Positions 16,943 to 27,100 of a stretch of 34,304 nucleotides of DNA are shown one piece after another (the first letter of the stretch is position 1; each line of letters begins with the position of its first letter). Below the pieces are notes generated by a model, which did not search any database, was not told where the DNA came from, and saw nothing but the letters and a program-made list of their open reading frames with translations. The position numbers and the translations under genes are program-made. The stretch is from a virus (taxonomy: Duplodnaviria; Caudoviricetes), in IMG/VR virus record IMGVR_UViG_3300020397_000005, positions 1-34,304 of that record; one strand, written 5' to 3'.

Positions 16943-17377
16943 ATGGGTGGTTTTGCAGCTCCAGCAATGATGATAGGGTCAGCGGTTTCTGCTTATGGTA
17001 AAATACAAGCTGGCAAAGCTGAAGAAAAAATGTATGATGCTAAAGCTTCTGAGACATTAATCCAGGGCGATGCGAGAGCGGTTGCGTATAAGCAACAGGG
17101 CGCTGATGTTTTAGCCAGGTTAAATGAAAACTTAGCCACTCTAATTAATAGATCTGGCTCTGTTGGCGCTGGAAGTATTAGCGCAATATTCAATGCTAAT
17201 GTAGCAACGGCTTCAAAAGATTATGCTACGGCTCGAGACAACGCTATACTTGAAAAAGAATATGCCATCAATCAGGCTGATCAATATACACAAGCCGGAG
17301 ATGCTGCTCGAAAATCTGCAACTATTTCAGCTATTGGAACGCTTGCCGGAGCTGCTTATAGATATGGAACTTTATAA
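16943..17377 (+). CDS. Internal virion protein (gp14-like position)
   Basis: Ala/Gly-rich with hydrophobic ends; synteny. Confidence 0.7.
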   Translation: MGGFAAPAMMIGSAVSAYGKIQAGKAEEKMYDAKASETLIQGDARAVAYKQQGADVLARLNENLATLINRSGSVGAGSISAIFNANVATASKDYATARDNAILEKEYAINQADQYTQAGDAARKSATISAIGTLAGAAYRYGTL

Positions 17378-19944
17378 TGGCTAGATTACCAAGATTAAGA
17401 AGCGCTGGAGTACAAGCTGCTATTCCTAGAAGTGTAGATTTTGCTGGGCTTCGAGGGGAGGCGGCAGTAGGTCAAACTATATCACAAACGTTTGATCAAA
17501 TGTCTAATTTTCTCTACAAGACTGCACAGAAAGAAGCTGTAAGATCTGGTATTGAAAGGGTAAGAACAGAGGGAGCGCAGCCAATACTCGAGGCAATGAA
17601 AGCCCAGGGTGGTCCAAGAGGTCTTGAAGAAGAAACTGCTTATGAAGCTGCAAACAAAATAGCTATTGCAGAAATACAAACAGAAGCAGAATTAGAAATT
17701 GCAAAAATTTTAACAGATGGTCAAAACAATAAAACGCCATTTAGCTCAATACAGTCACAACTAAAAAGTGTTTCTGACGGTTTTCCGGCAGCGCTATCAG
17801 ATATCGATCCGGTATCAGCTGCAATGTTAAGAACAAATCTTCAAGGCAAAACAGAAAAAGCAGGGCTTAGATATTCTGAATTTTGGTCTAAAGAAACATT
17901 AAGAACTTTAAAAGAAAGACAAAATATAGCGGCTGCAAATAAAGCAGAAACTATAATTGGTAATGCTAGTGTTGCAGGGTTTGACCCAAAAGAACTAGAA
18001 AAAGATATAACAGAAGCCGCTACAGAATTAAAAGATCTAGGCGTTAGGCCAAACGATTTAACTACCTGGTCAGAAAACGTAAGAGAAGAAGCGTTAAAAA
18101 ATAACATATTGTTTGATTTTTATCAAAAAGATCTTAGCGAACAAGAGGAGTTTATAAACGATATAAAATCTGGCAAAACAACTTTACCAGGTATGGATTT
18201 TGAAACGAGCATACGTTTTATAAATGGATTGTTATCACCAGAGTATAACAGAAACAAAAGAGCGGTAGAGGCTCAATCTACGTTTATAATTAACAGGGTA
18301 GAAGATCTCGAAGATGTTTTAGAAAATGGTGGACAGATTGATCAGGAAGAACTTGCTAACTTATTGTCTGACTCATCAAATGTAATTAATTATGACGAAG
18401 GGGCATCCTCTACAGCTGCAAGAGGACTGCAAGATACAAGTAATTTCTTCGGTGAACTAAGAACTAAATCATTAGCTGAACTAGAGGCATATGTAACAAA
18501 TCTTGAAACAAATGGTTTTGATGGCACTTTAGACACGCCAGAAGAAGTTACCAGGGTAAAACAAGCGCAAAACTTTCTTACCAACATGAGAACACAAGTT
18601 AATGATAATCCTATGGGTTATGCAGCTAAAGTAGGCCTAATCAAAAGAAATGAAATTATTACTGTTGATGAAGATAGTAGATTACAAATTGACCAGGGCG
18701 CTCTTACCGAAAGATTAAAACAGGCAACAGTTGTTGCAAGAGAATATGGATTAGCAAATCCTCCTGTCTTTTTTAAAGATGAAATTAATCAACTAGGTTT
18801 AGCCTTAGAAAAAGCTGAAGGCGCTGTTAAGCTTGATATATTAGGTATGCTTTCAACTATTGGCGAAAGCAATGGCGAGGTTCTTACCCAATTATCAGAA
18901 TATAATAAAAGTGATGCGTTAATTGGTGGCCTTGTAACAATGGGATCTACGCGAGCTGCAACCCTGGCAGTAAATGGTATGGACCGATTAAAGAATGATT
19001 TAACACCGCCTGGATTTACAAGCACAAACACTGACCCAGTATTTTTAGATGTTGTTGGCAAACATATGTTTAACGCTCCAATACAGCAATCAGCAATTAA
19101 AGATGTAGCTAAAGCTATCTATACAGAGCTTGCTGCTCAACAAGGTTTAGGAAATTGGAAAGATAACACCGATGAAGCTGTTGCGCTTTATGAGCAAGCC
19201 TTACAATTAGCTTCTGGTCAGCGCAAAGTAATGACTGACACAGGCGAAGTTATTTATGGGGGTATGCAGCCAGTAAGAGAAAAGATGACTTTTATTCCTC
19301 CAAATATGACAGCTGCCGATATGGAAAAGGTTATTGCTAATTTAAATCCAGCGTCAATAGAAGCTATCACAGGTCAAAAAATAGACCCAGCTTATCCAGA
19401 AAAAATTAAAGAAGAAGAAACCTATAAGTTAATTTTTGCAGGAGGCAATCAATACTATATTTCAAATGTAGAAGATGTTGATAGGTTTGGCGATGATGTT
19501 CCTGTTTTAGATGTTGATGAGTCAACCATATTATTTAATCCAATGGACTTCTTGCAACCTATGCCCGAAATACCAGGGCCAGAAGTTAAAAGCGAAGTAG
19601 TGGGAACTATAAATCTTTCTGATGCTTTTTCTGATCCTGTCGATAAACCAGACCTTACAACAGCTCAAGACCCAACGGTAGAAAGAGGTCAACAACCAAA
19701 ACAAAGATTTGCTTTTGAGGCTGCCCTGGGCGCAAATACAAAACAAACAAAAAAATTAAGAAAAGAACTTAACGAGGGTTTACAATCTGGAAAGCTAAAT
19801 GAGGCAAGTACAGTTAGATATTTAGAATCATTGCCAGAGCCAGGCGATGATAATTTTGATGCAGATCTTTATACAAAATATGCCGATTTTATAATTGATG
19901 GTGGTAGCTTAACATACGCACAGTGGTTGAAAACTCAACAATGA
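17377..19944 (+). CDS. Large internal virion (ejection) protein
   Basis: 855 aa, helical composition; synteny after the gp14-like gene. Confidence 0.7.
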   Translation: MARLPRLRSAGVQAAIPRSVDFAGLRGEAAVGQTISQTFDQMSNFLYKTAQKEAVRSGIERVRTEGAQPILEAMKAQGGPRGLEEETAYEAANKIAIAEIQTEAELEIAKILTDGQNNKTPFSSIQSQLKSVSDGFPAALSDIDPVSAAMLRTNLQGKTEKAGLRYSEFWSKETLRTLKERQNIAAANKAETIIGNASVAGFDPKELEKDITEAATELKDLGVRPNDLTTWSENVREEALKNNILFDFYQKDLSEQEEFINDIKSGKTTLPGMDFETSIRFINGLLSPEYNRNKRAVEAQSTFIINRVEDLEDVLENGGQIDQEELANLLSDSSNVINYDEGASSTAARGLQDTSNFFGELRTKSLAELEAYVTNLETNGFDGTLDTPEEVTRVKQAQNFLTNMRTQVNDNPMGYAAKVGLIKRNEIITVDEDSRLQIDQGALTERLKQATVVAREYGLANPPVFFKDEINQLGLALEKAEGAVKLDILGMLSTIGESNGEVLTQLSEYNKSDALIGGLVTMGSTRAATLAVNGMDRLKNDLTPPGFTSTNTDPVFLDVVGKHMFNAPIQQSAIKDVAKAIYTELAAQQGLGNWKDNTDEAVALYEQALQLASGQRKVMTDTGEVIYGGMQPVREKMTFIPPNMTAADMEKVIANLNPASIEAITGQKIDPAYPEKIKEEETYKLIFAGGNQYYISNVEDVDRFGDDVPVLDVDESTILFNPMDFLQPMPEIPGPEVKSEVVGTINLSDAFSDPVDKPDLTTAQDPTVERGQQPKQRFAFEAALGANTKQTKKLRKELNEGLQSGKLNEASTVRYLESLPEPGDDNFDADLYTKYADFIIDGGSLTYAQWLKTQQ

Positions 19945-22900
19945 TACAGTTTGATAAACCTAACAAATTGACATTAAGAGATCTGCAAGGGTTATCAAAG
20001 CCAGTTACCAGGTTCGAAGAAAATTATAGTGCTGCTAGAAAAAAATCGCAGTATTTAGATCAATCTCAAAGTAGAGATAGAATATTGCAAGATTTATGGG
20101 ATCCTATTGTAGAAGAGCTAAGTGAGCTATTTCCTAATGAAACATTTGTAGATCCAGGCTCTTATATAAATAGAGGTTTGTTTTCAACAACTGCTACACC
20201 AGGAAAAGCTAGAGCTGATTATGAATGGAGAGCGTCACAAATTCTTGGGTTCTTAAATGAAAACCAGGAAATAATACCGGATCACTTAAAAGGTATTACT
20301 CTTGAAAGTCTTGAGGATCTAGCTTCAGAAAGAGCAAAAGCAGCTAAAGAATACAATGATGAGATATCGTCTAGGGCTGTTGGAACAAGTGGTCAAGTTG
20401 GTCAATTTCTAGGGCAAGTTGTAGGAGTTGTTGAGGATCCTCAAATTCTAAGCACGTTACCATTAGGGCTAAGCTCAAGAAGTTTAATGAAGTTAGCTTT
20501 CTTCGAGGCATCATTAGGAGCCGGAATTACAGCCATGAGTGAAGCTTCTGTTAAGCAATGGTACGAAAAACAAGGATATGATTATACCTGGAATGATTTT
20601 ATTAGAAACGTAGGGTTTGCGGCAGCTGGTAGTGCGGCATTACCTGTTGGTTTTAGAGTGACTGTTAATACTGCTAGAGGTGGTTTTAACGTCTTAGCAA
20701 AAGCTGGAAAGGCAAATAAAGATAGCCAATTCTTAGAAACTGCAGCCAGGGAAGCTGAAGAGTTTGAAGCTGACAATCCGTTTGTAGATAGTCAATTTGC
20801 CAGATCCCAAGCAGAACATAATAATCGAACAACAGAAGCTGATGCAGCCGTTTTCAATAATAAAGCTCCAGCTATGCCGGATGAAGCTACAATACAGCCA
20901 ACGCCAGAAATAATTGCTTCATCTACTGATAATTTAAATGGTGTTATGTTTTCCGTTCCAGCCAGAAATGCTTTGATTGATGCAAAGAGATTTCAGTTTA
21001 AAGAGGGTGGTGATGAGTACGGTGTAACCGAAAGGCTGCAAGGTGTTACAGAGTGGGATGATGTAAAGGCCGGAACAGTTATCTTTTGGGAGGATGTTGA
21101 TGGCAAGATATTCGTAGCAGATGGACATCAAAGAGCCGGACTAGCTAAAAGAATAATGGATCAAGATCCTAGCCAGGACATTAACCTGGTTGGTTATAAG
21201 TTGCGTGAAGTTGATGACATAAGCGCAGAAAAGGCTCGAGTGATAGCAGCTACAGCAAACATTGCCCAGGGAACAGGTACAGCTATCGATGCAGCAAAAA
21301 TACTTAGAGTTGAACCTGGCAGATTATCTGAGCTACCTCCTCGATCAACATTAGTAAGACAAGCAAGGGATCTTGTAAAACTAAGTGACGATGCTTTTGG
21401 ATCTATCGTTAATGGTGTAATACCGCCAAACTATGGTGCTATAGTTGGCAGATTAATTGATGATCCTGACAAGCAACAAGCAGCTATCCAAGTTTTAGCA
21501 AGGTCTGATGCTGCAAACGCTTTTCAGGCAGAAACCATTGTTCGCCAGGTAAATGAGCAAGATTTAGTAAATGAAGTACAAACTGGCCTGTTTGGTGATG
21601 AGGTGCTTGCGGAAAGTTTATTCCTAGAACGTGCCAGGGTATTAGACAGAACGTACAAAATACTAAGAGAAGATAAAACAGCATTTGAGAACTTGAGCAA
21701 AAATGCAGATCGCATTGAGGCCGAGGGAAACAAACTAGAGAAAACTAGAAACCAGGAAAGGGCAAATCAAAATGGCAAAGCGATCACGCTCCTCCAGGCG
21801 CTTGCAACGAGAAAAGGAGAGCTTAGCGATGAACTCTCAGCGGCAGCAAGAACAGCCAGGGAAACAAACAACTATGCGAACGCAGCAAGAGGATTCGCCG
21901 AGTCTGTCAGAAGAGGAATTGAGCGAGGCGATTTTGATCGGGCAGAAGTTGGCGATGTTAGACGCACTTTCGATGATGCGCCGAAAAGCCGCCAAGACGC
22001 GATTGAAGATGAGCCAAGCTTAGAGGGCTTCGATGAGCCATCTGGTAAAGCAGCTGAAGATCAAACAGACCAATTAGTAACTAATACTTTTAGAGAAATG
22101 GATGAGGCGCAAGAGCCTAACTCATTAGCTAATTTAAAATTTTTGCTTGGAACCAATCCAACAAGAGAACAAATTAATAGCCATCCGGCAGTTGTAAATG
22201 CGCTTAGAGAAATGGAGTCGCGTCCAGAAACAATAAATGCGCCAAATTATAATTCAACAGAGTGGCATCAAAGTAGGACTTATAAAATTGACGGTGAGGA
22301 AGTTGTTGGAACTAAATCAGCTATGGTCAAATTTGAAGAGCAAGCTGAAACTCTGGCATATAAAGAGCTTGGGTTAGACCCAGGAACAATAGCCAGGAAT
22401 AAAGAGGTTACTATTATTCTAGGCCCACCAGCTGCCGGAAAAAGCACTATTGCGAATGAGATAGCTGTAGCTAACAGATCTGCAATATTAGATAGTGATG
22501 AAATTAAAAAAACATTACCAGAGTTTGAAGGTGGTAAAGGAACTGGTGCCGTACATGAGGAAAGTTCTAGTTTATCTAAGATGCTGCAAGACATAATGAT
22601 AAGTCGTGGCACAAATATCACACTGCCTAAAGTTGGTCATAGTACGTCTAGTATTCGTAAAGCGGTATCACTATATAAAGAGAAGGGGTATAAAGTCCGA
22701 TTACTGTCAATGGATGTTACCCCAGAAAATGCTGTCAACAGGATGCTTGGTCGTTTTGTTGAGACAGGTAGGTTTATACCATTATCATATTTAGATTCTG
22801 TTGGCACCAAGCCAGCTGAAACATTTAGAGTATTAAGAGAGGAGAACGCAGCCGATGGCTATGCCAAAATCGACAACAATGGTGGATTCAAAGACCCCAA

Positions 22901-23180
22901 AACAGTCTCAGAAATCTCAGGAGACAACCCCCTCAAAGGATCCAGGTTTGATATTCCTTCGGGTGGAAGAACAGGACCTGGAGCTCTCAGACGCTCAAAA
23001 AGCGATAGTGAAAGAATTGAGTTCGGGGTAGAAGAGTCTGAGCTTGACCTGGAGATCCCTGTTGATCTTAGAGTTGAAGGTGAGAGCATAGTTACTCAAA
23101 CAAGAACTTTACGAGACGTTAAGGCTGAACTCGATGCAGAGGACGCTTTAATTAATAGATTAGGGGTTTGCTCAATATGA
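19941..23180 (+). CDS. Polyvalent internal virion protein with ParB-like and zeta-toxin-like P-loop kinase domains
   Basis: IFVADGHQR (DGHQR 21120-21134); IILGPPAAGKST (GPPAAGKS 22422-22445)...ILDSDEIKKTLPEF...VHEESS...RF..TGRFIP. ATGA overlap supports a start at 19941. Confidence 0.8.
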   Translation: MIQFDKPNKLTLRDLQGLSKPVTRFEENYSAARKKSQYLDQSQSRDRILQDLWDPIVEELSELFPNETFVDPGSYINRGLFSTTATPGKARADYEWRASQILGFLNENQEIIPDHLKGITLESLEDLASERAKAAKEYNDEISSRAVGTSGQVGQFLGQVVGVVEDPQILSTLPLGLSSRSLMKLAFFEASLGAGITAMSEASVKQWYEKQGYDYTWNDFIRNVGFAAAGSAALPVGFRVTVNTARGGFNVLAKAGKANKDSQFLETAAREAEEFEADNPFVDSQFARSQAEHNNRTTEADAAVFNNKAPAMPDEATIQPTPEIIASSTDNLNGVMFSVPARNALIDAKRFQFKEGGDEYGVTERLQGVTEWDDVKAGTVIFWEDVDGKIFVADGHQRAGLAKRIMDQDPSQDINLVGYKLREVDDISAEKARVIAATANIAQGTGTAIDAAKILRVEPGRLSELPPRSTLVRQARDLVKLSDDAFGSIVNGVIPPNYGAIVGRLIDDPDKQQAAIQVLARSDAANAFQAETIVRQVNEQDLVNEVQTGLFGDEVLAESLFLERARVLDRTYKILREDKTAFENLSKNADRIEAEGNKLEKTRNQERANQNGKAITLLQALATRKGELSDELSAAARTARETNNYANAARGFAESVRRGIERGDFDRAEVGDVRRTFDDAPKSRQDAIEDEPSLEGFDEPSGKAAEDQTDQLVTNTFREMDEAQEPNSLANLKFLLGTNPTREQINSHPAVVNALREMESRPETINAPNYNSTEWHQSRTYKIDGEEVVGTKSAMVKFEEQAETLAYKELGLDPGTIARNKEVTIILGPPAAGKSTIANEIAVANRSAILDSDEIKKTLPEFEGGKGTGAVHEESSSLSKMLQDIMISRGTNITLPKVGHSTSSIRKAVSLYKEKGYKVRLLSMDVTPENAVNRMLGRFVETGRFIPLSYLDSVGTKPAETFRVLREENAADGYAKIDNNGGFKDPKTVSEISGDNPLKGSRFDIPSGGRTGPGALRRSKSDSERIEFGVEESELDLEIPVDLRVEGESIVTQTRTLRDVKAELDAEDALINRLGVCSI

Positions 23181-25666
23181 CGTTTAAGAAGTGTATAAGC
23201 GATGGTGTAGCAGCCGGAGAGATTACCCAGGAAAAAGCCGATGAAGTATTAAACCTTTTCGATGAATTGTTTGAGCAATACAACAGGCAACTTGGCCCTG
23301 GTCCTGCAACATCTAAAGCAAGTATTGATGCTGCTAACGTAATGAAAAAACAGGTATTGGAGCGCAAACGTAGAATGATGCTCCAGGCACAAACTTGGAA
23401 AAGAATAACACTAGATTTAGAAAACTACAGAACAGCTGGAACTAAGCAACCAAGAAAAGATAAGGCTGCCCTGGCATTGTTCGAACAAGACGATGGATCT
23501 AGGTTTCTTAGCATAGCGCAAATAGAAAAAGCTATTAACAGAAGTGCGACCAGGAAAATGGATAAAGTCCTGGCAACTTTTAGAAGAGATTTGACTGGTC
23601 GAGTAAGAAACAAAGCCAAGCTCGAAAACATGATACGAGAAACATTTGTTCCTGGAAGCACAAGAGATGCTTCAGCCAGGGAACTTGCCCAGGGCTGGCA
23701 AGAGGCAGCTGAGTATTTGCGTAAACGCTTCAACGCTGCCGGAGGTGCTATTCCAAAAAGATCTGATTGGGGTTTACCTCAACAGCACTCTAGCGTGAAA
23801 GTACGCCAGGCTGGATATCAAACCTGGAGAAACAAAATTACACCAATGCTTGACCTGGAAAAAATGGTTGATCAGCAAACAGGCCTGACGTTTTCTCCGC
23901 AAAAGCTAGAAATAGCATTAAGAGATGTTTACGAAACAATTAGCACTGACGGTATGAGTAAGATTAAGCCAAGTGGTAGACCGTCTGGGCAAAAGGCAAT
24001 GGCTAATCAACACGCAGAACATCGATTCTTGGTATTTAAAGATGCTGATACCTGGATGAAATATAACGATGAGTTTGGTAACAGCAATCCGTTTGACGTT
24101 ATGATTGGTCATATCAGTAATATGTCCAGGGATATTGCATTTATGGAGCGTCTTGGCCCTAATCCAATGGCAACCAAAAATTTTGTAAAAGATACTTTAC
24201 TTAAAGAAAGTGCAAACGATCCTAAAGCCGTAGATCGTGCAAGAGTTGCCGGACGAAAAATGGATGAACTTTATAACATTCTTCGAGGAACTCATAATAC
24301 GCCAGTGCATGGGGTGCTTGCCACAACCTTGGCTGGTACTCGACAGTTATTACAATCAGCTCAACTTGGGGCTGCATCGATCTCAGCGATTACTGACGTA
24401 AACTTTCAGCGTATTGCCAGGGCAATGAACGGTTTGCCACAAACCAACACGCTTAGAGCATACTTAAAAGCCTTGTCTCCGCTAGGAGCTGAAGAAAAGG
24501 GAAGGTTAGCGATACGCTTAGGATTAACTGCCGAAGGTTGGTCATCGATCGCTTCAGCGCAAATGAGATACACTGGAGATATAACAGGGCCAGAAGTTAC
24601 CAGGAGAGTAGCCGATTTTGTTATGAGAGCTTCTTTACTATCTCCAATGACACAAGCTGGAAGGTGGTCATTTGGTATGGAGTTCCTGGGAACATTGGCT
24701 GACAATGTGGGAAAAAAGATTGATGAGTTACATCCTTCATTAAAAAAATCTTTAGAAAAATATGGTATAGGCTCTGACAAGTGGGATATTATGCGATCGA
24801 CAGAACTATACGATTATAAGGGCGCAAAGTTTTTAAGAGCTGAGGACATTGAGTTTAGAGATGATATAGATCCAAAGCTTGCTAGGGAATTAGCTACTAA
24901 TCTTATGGCGATGGTAGAAACAGAAACAAACTTTGCCGTTCCTTCTACATCTATCAGGGGTCGAGCTGCTTTGACTGGAGATATTCCACCTGGAACATTT
25001 TCCGGAGAAATGGTTCGATCGTTCGCAATGTATAAAAACTTTGGTGTTACCCTGGTAAATACACATATTCTTAGATCAGCTGCTACGCCTGGAGCTATGG
25101 GAAAAGGTAAAGCTTTTACAAACCTAATTATAAGCACCACCTTGATGGGTGCTTTGGCTCTTCAACTAAAAGAAATGTCTAAAGGCAGAGATCCTAGGTC
25201 AATGGATACTGGAGAGTTTTGGGGTGCTGCTTTTCTACAAGGTGGTGGTTTAGGTATTTACGGAGATTTTCTCTTTGCAGATCTTAATAGATTTGATCGA
25301 GGCTTGGGAGAAACTATAGCAGGGCCAGTAGCTGGTTTTTTAAATGATGTCAAAAATTTAACAGTAGGTAATATCTTCGAAGCTATCCAGGGTGAAGATA
25401 CAAAGGCAGCAAGCGAGTTAATTTCGTTTGCTCAACGATATACGCCTGGTGCAAGTATCTGGTATATGCGATTAGGGCTCGAGAGATTAATATTTGACCA
25501 GGCTAAATTATGGGCTGATCCGGAAGCCAGGACAAAAATGAGGCGTATTCAAAGAAAGTATCAAAGAGAGTACGGACAAGATTTCTGGTGGCAACAAGGG
25601 AAAACGCTACCGGATCGTAGACCGGATGTAACCGAAGCAAATGTCAATAGATTATTTGGAATGTAA
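23177..25666 (+). CDS. Large internal virion protein (gp16 / Bbp10-like)
   Basis: DWGLPQQH, HRFLVFKDADTWMKY, DIAFMERLGPNP, FLQGGGLGIYGDFLF motifs; ATGA overlap. Confidence 0.8.
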   Translation: MTFKKCISDGVAAGEITQEKADEVLNLFDELFEQYNRQLGPGPATSKASIDAANVMKKQVLERKRRMMLQAQTWKRITLDLENYRTAGTKQPRKDKAALALFEQDDGSRFLSIAQIEKAINRSATRKMDKVLATFRRDLTGRVRNKAKLENMIRETFVPGSTRDASARELAQGWQEAAEYLRKRFNAAGGAIPKRSDWGLPQQHSSVKVRQAGYQTWRNKITPMLDLEKMVDQQTGLTFSPQKLEIALRDVYETISTDGMSKIKPSGRPSGQKAMANQHAEHRFLVFKDADTWMKYNDEFGNSNPFDVMIGHISNMSRDIAFMERLGPNPMATKNFVKDTLLKESANDPKAVDRARVAGRKMDELYNILRGTHNTPVHGVLATTLAGTRQLLQSAQLGAASISAITDVNFQRIARAMNGLPQTNTLRAYLKALSPLGAEEKGRLAIRLGLTAEGWSSIASAQMRYTGDITGPEVTRRVADFVMRASLLSPMTQAGRWSFGMEFLGTLADNVGKKIDELHPSLKKSLEKYGIGSDKWDIMRSTELYDYKGAKFLRAEDIEFRDDIDPKLARELATNLMAMVETETNFAVPSTSIRGRAALTGDIPPGTFSGEMVRSFAMYKNFGVTLVNTHILRSAATPGAMGKGKAFTNLIISTTLMGALALQLKEMSKGRDPRSMDTGEFWGAAFLQGGGLGIYGDFLFADLNRFDRGLGETIAGPVAGFLNDVKNLTVGNIFEAIQGEDTKAASELISFAQRYTPGASIWYMRLGLERLIFDQAKLWADPEARTKMRRIQRKYQREYGQDFWWQQGKTLPDRRPDVTEANVNRLFGM

Positions 25667-25684
25667 ATAAATGTATGGTATAAA
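25656..25684 (+). promoter_or_regulatory. Candidate promoter for the tail-fibre module
   Basis: TTGGAA-N17-TATAAA with an extended -10 TG. Confidence 0.4.
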
Positions 25685-25709
25685 ACAAACAAATCAACGG
25701 AGTATATAG

Positions 25710-26321
25710 ATGGCCGATATTCCAATTAACAATGTAGCAAGGCGTGTACAGTTTACTGGTAACACTGGTACTGGACCATTTGCTTTTAATTTCAACATCT
25801 TAACTAACAGTGATCTCGTTGTTTACAAGAACACTACTCAGCTCACACTAACAACTGACTACACTGTATCTACAAACTCAAACGGTACCGGAACTATAAC
25901 ACTGGTATCATCACTTGTGACATCGGATGTATTAACGCTAATCGGTGCAAGAAACTTAGAACGAACAACAGACTTCGTAACAGCTGGTGATTTGCTGGCG
26001 TCTAGTCTTAACGAACAGCTCGATAGCCTGGTTATTATGGCTCAACAGCTCGATGAAAAGATGGATCGAGCGCTCAAAGTAAATATTGGCGATGTTATTG
26101 ATAGCTTAGAACTTCCGTTAAAAGCAGATCGGCTTGGAGGAGTGTTAGCCTTCAACGAGGTTACTGGTAATCCAGAAACAAAATCACTCACTGGTTTGGG
26201 TACGATTACTATTCCGGTGCCAGTATTGCAGGGTGGTACTAACGCAACTACTGCGGAGGCTGCTCGAACAAATTTAGGAACTACTGAGGAAGCTGAAGTT
26301 TTAGCTTTGGCCTTAACATAG
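25710..26321 (+). CDS. Short tail-fibre anchor protein (T7 gp17 N-terminal-like)
   Basis: QFTGN.GTGPFAFNF.I...LTLTTDYTV...LNEQLDSLVIMAQQL; no receptor-binding C-terminus. Confidence 0.8.
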   Translation: MADIPINNVARRVQFTGNTGTGPFAFNFNILTNSDLVVYKNTTQLTLTTDYTVSTNSNGTGTITLVSSLVTSDVLTLIGARNLERTTDFVTAGDLLASSLNEQLDSLVIMAQQLDEKMDRALKVNIGDVIDSLELPLKADRLGGVLAFNEVTGNPETKSLTGLGTITIPVPVLQGGTNATTAEAARTNLGTTEEAEVLALALT

Positions 26322-26330
26322 GAGAAAAAT

Positions 26331-26777
26331 ATGGCAAATGATGCTTCAGTAACAATGACCGCTACGGTCTTACCTGATGAGATTGCAAAAGCTATCTCTG
26401 GTACAATCACTGTCAGTCCAGCGGATGCTAATGACAAGTGGTATTACAAACTAACTAGCGTATCAAACTCATCAACAGATTTGATTGCTGGTTATTTCAC
26501 AGATTATACAGCGGTAGATGACGATACTGCTCCAACAGCTGTAGCCACTGGCGATAAGGTAAAGTTTTTGTTTATCAAAAATACAGATACCGCAAATGAC
26601 ATTCACTTTGTTATTGATGCTGGTACAGCGTCAACAAGCATTGCTGATGGGATTAAAGTATCTGCTGGTAATTCAGTAGCACTTGAGCTTCCAAATACAA
26701 CGGTAGCTGACATTCATGCTATTTCATCTACATCAACAGTAAATTGTGTTGTGGCTGCTTTGATAGACGATGTGTAA
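26331..26777 (+). CDS. Beta-rich structural protein (tail accessory)
   Basis: AGGAG SD; Ala/Thr/Ser/Asp-rich. Confidence 0.6.
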   Translation: MANDASVTMTATVLPDEIAKAISGTITVSPADANDKWYYKLTSVSNSSTDLIAGYFTDYTAVDDDTAPTAVATGDKVKFLFIKNTDTANDIHFVIDAGTASTSIADGIKVSAGNSVALELPNTTVADIHAISSTSTVNCVVAALIDDV

Positions 26778-26788
26778 GGAGTTAGATA

Positions 26789-27100
26789 ATGGCTAACACA
26801 TTTACCAGACACGTTAACACAAATGTAGGTATGACATCGGTAACGATGTACACAGTAGCCTCTAGCACAACTACAGTTATTATGGGTTGTCATGTTGCTA
26901 ACCTTACATCGAGCGCAATTACTGTAACGCTTACAGCAGCTGGGGCAACATTAGCCAAAGATGTTTCTATACCAGCTGCTTCAGCATTGGATGTATTGAA
27001 TGGCAGTAGAGTTAATCTTGTAGCAACAGATACGGTTACACTTGTAAGTAGTGCGCCAGTTAGTGCTGATGCTATTCTCAGCATAATGGAGAGGACCTAA
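26789..27100 (+). CDS. Small beta-rich structural protein (MANTF-type)
   Basis: AGGAG SD; YTVASSTTTVIMG..VAN...LAKDVSIPA...LSIME. Confidence 0.65.
   Translation: MANTFTRHVNTNVGMTSVTMYTVASSTTTVIMGCHVANLTSSAITVTLTAAGATLAKDVSIPAASALDVLNGSRVNLVATDTVTLVSSAPVSADAILSIMERT

Noticed and set aside
20960-21700. ParABS plasmid partition system
   Set aside because: No ParA or parS array is evident, and the ParB-like block is embedded in a virion protein.
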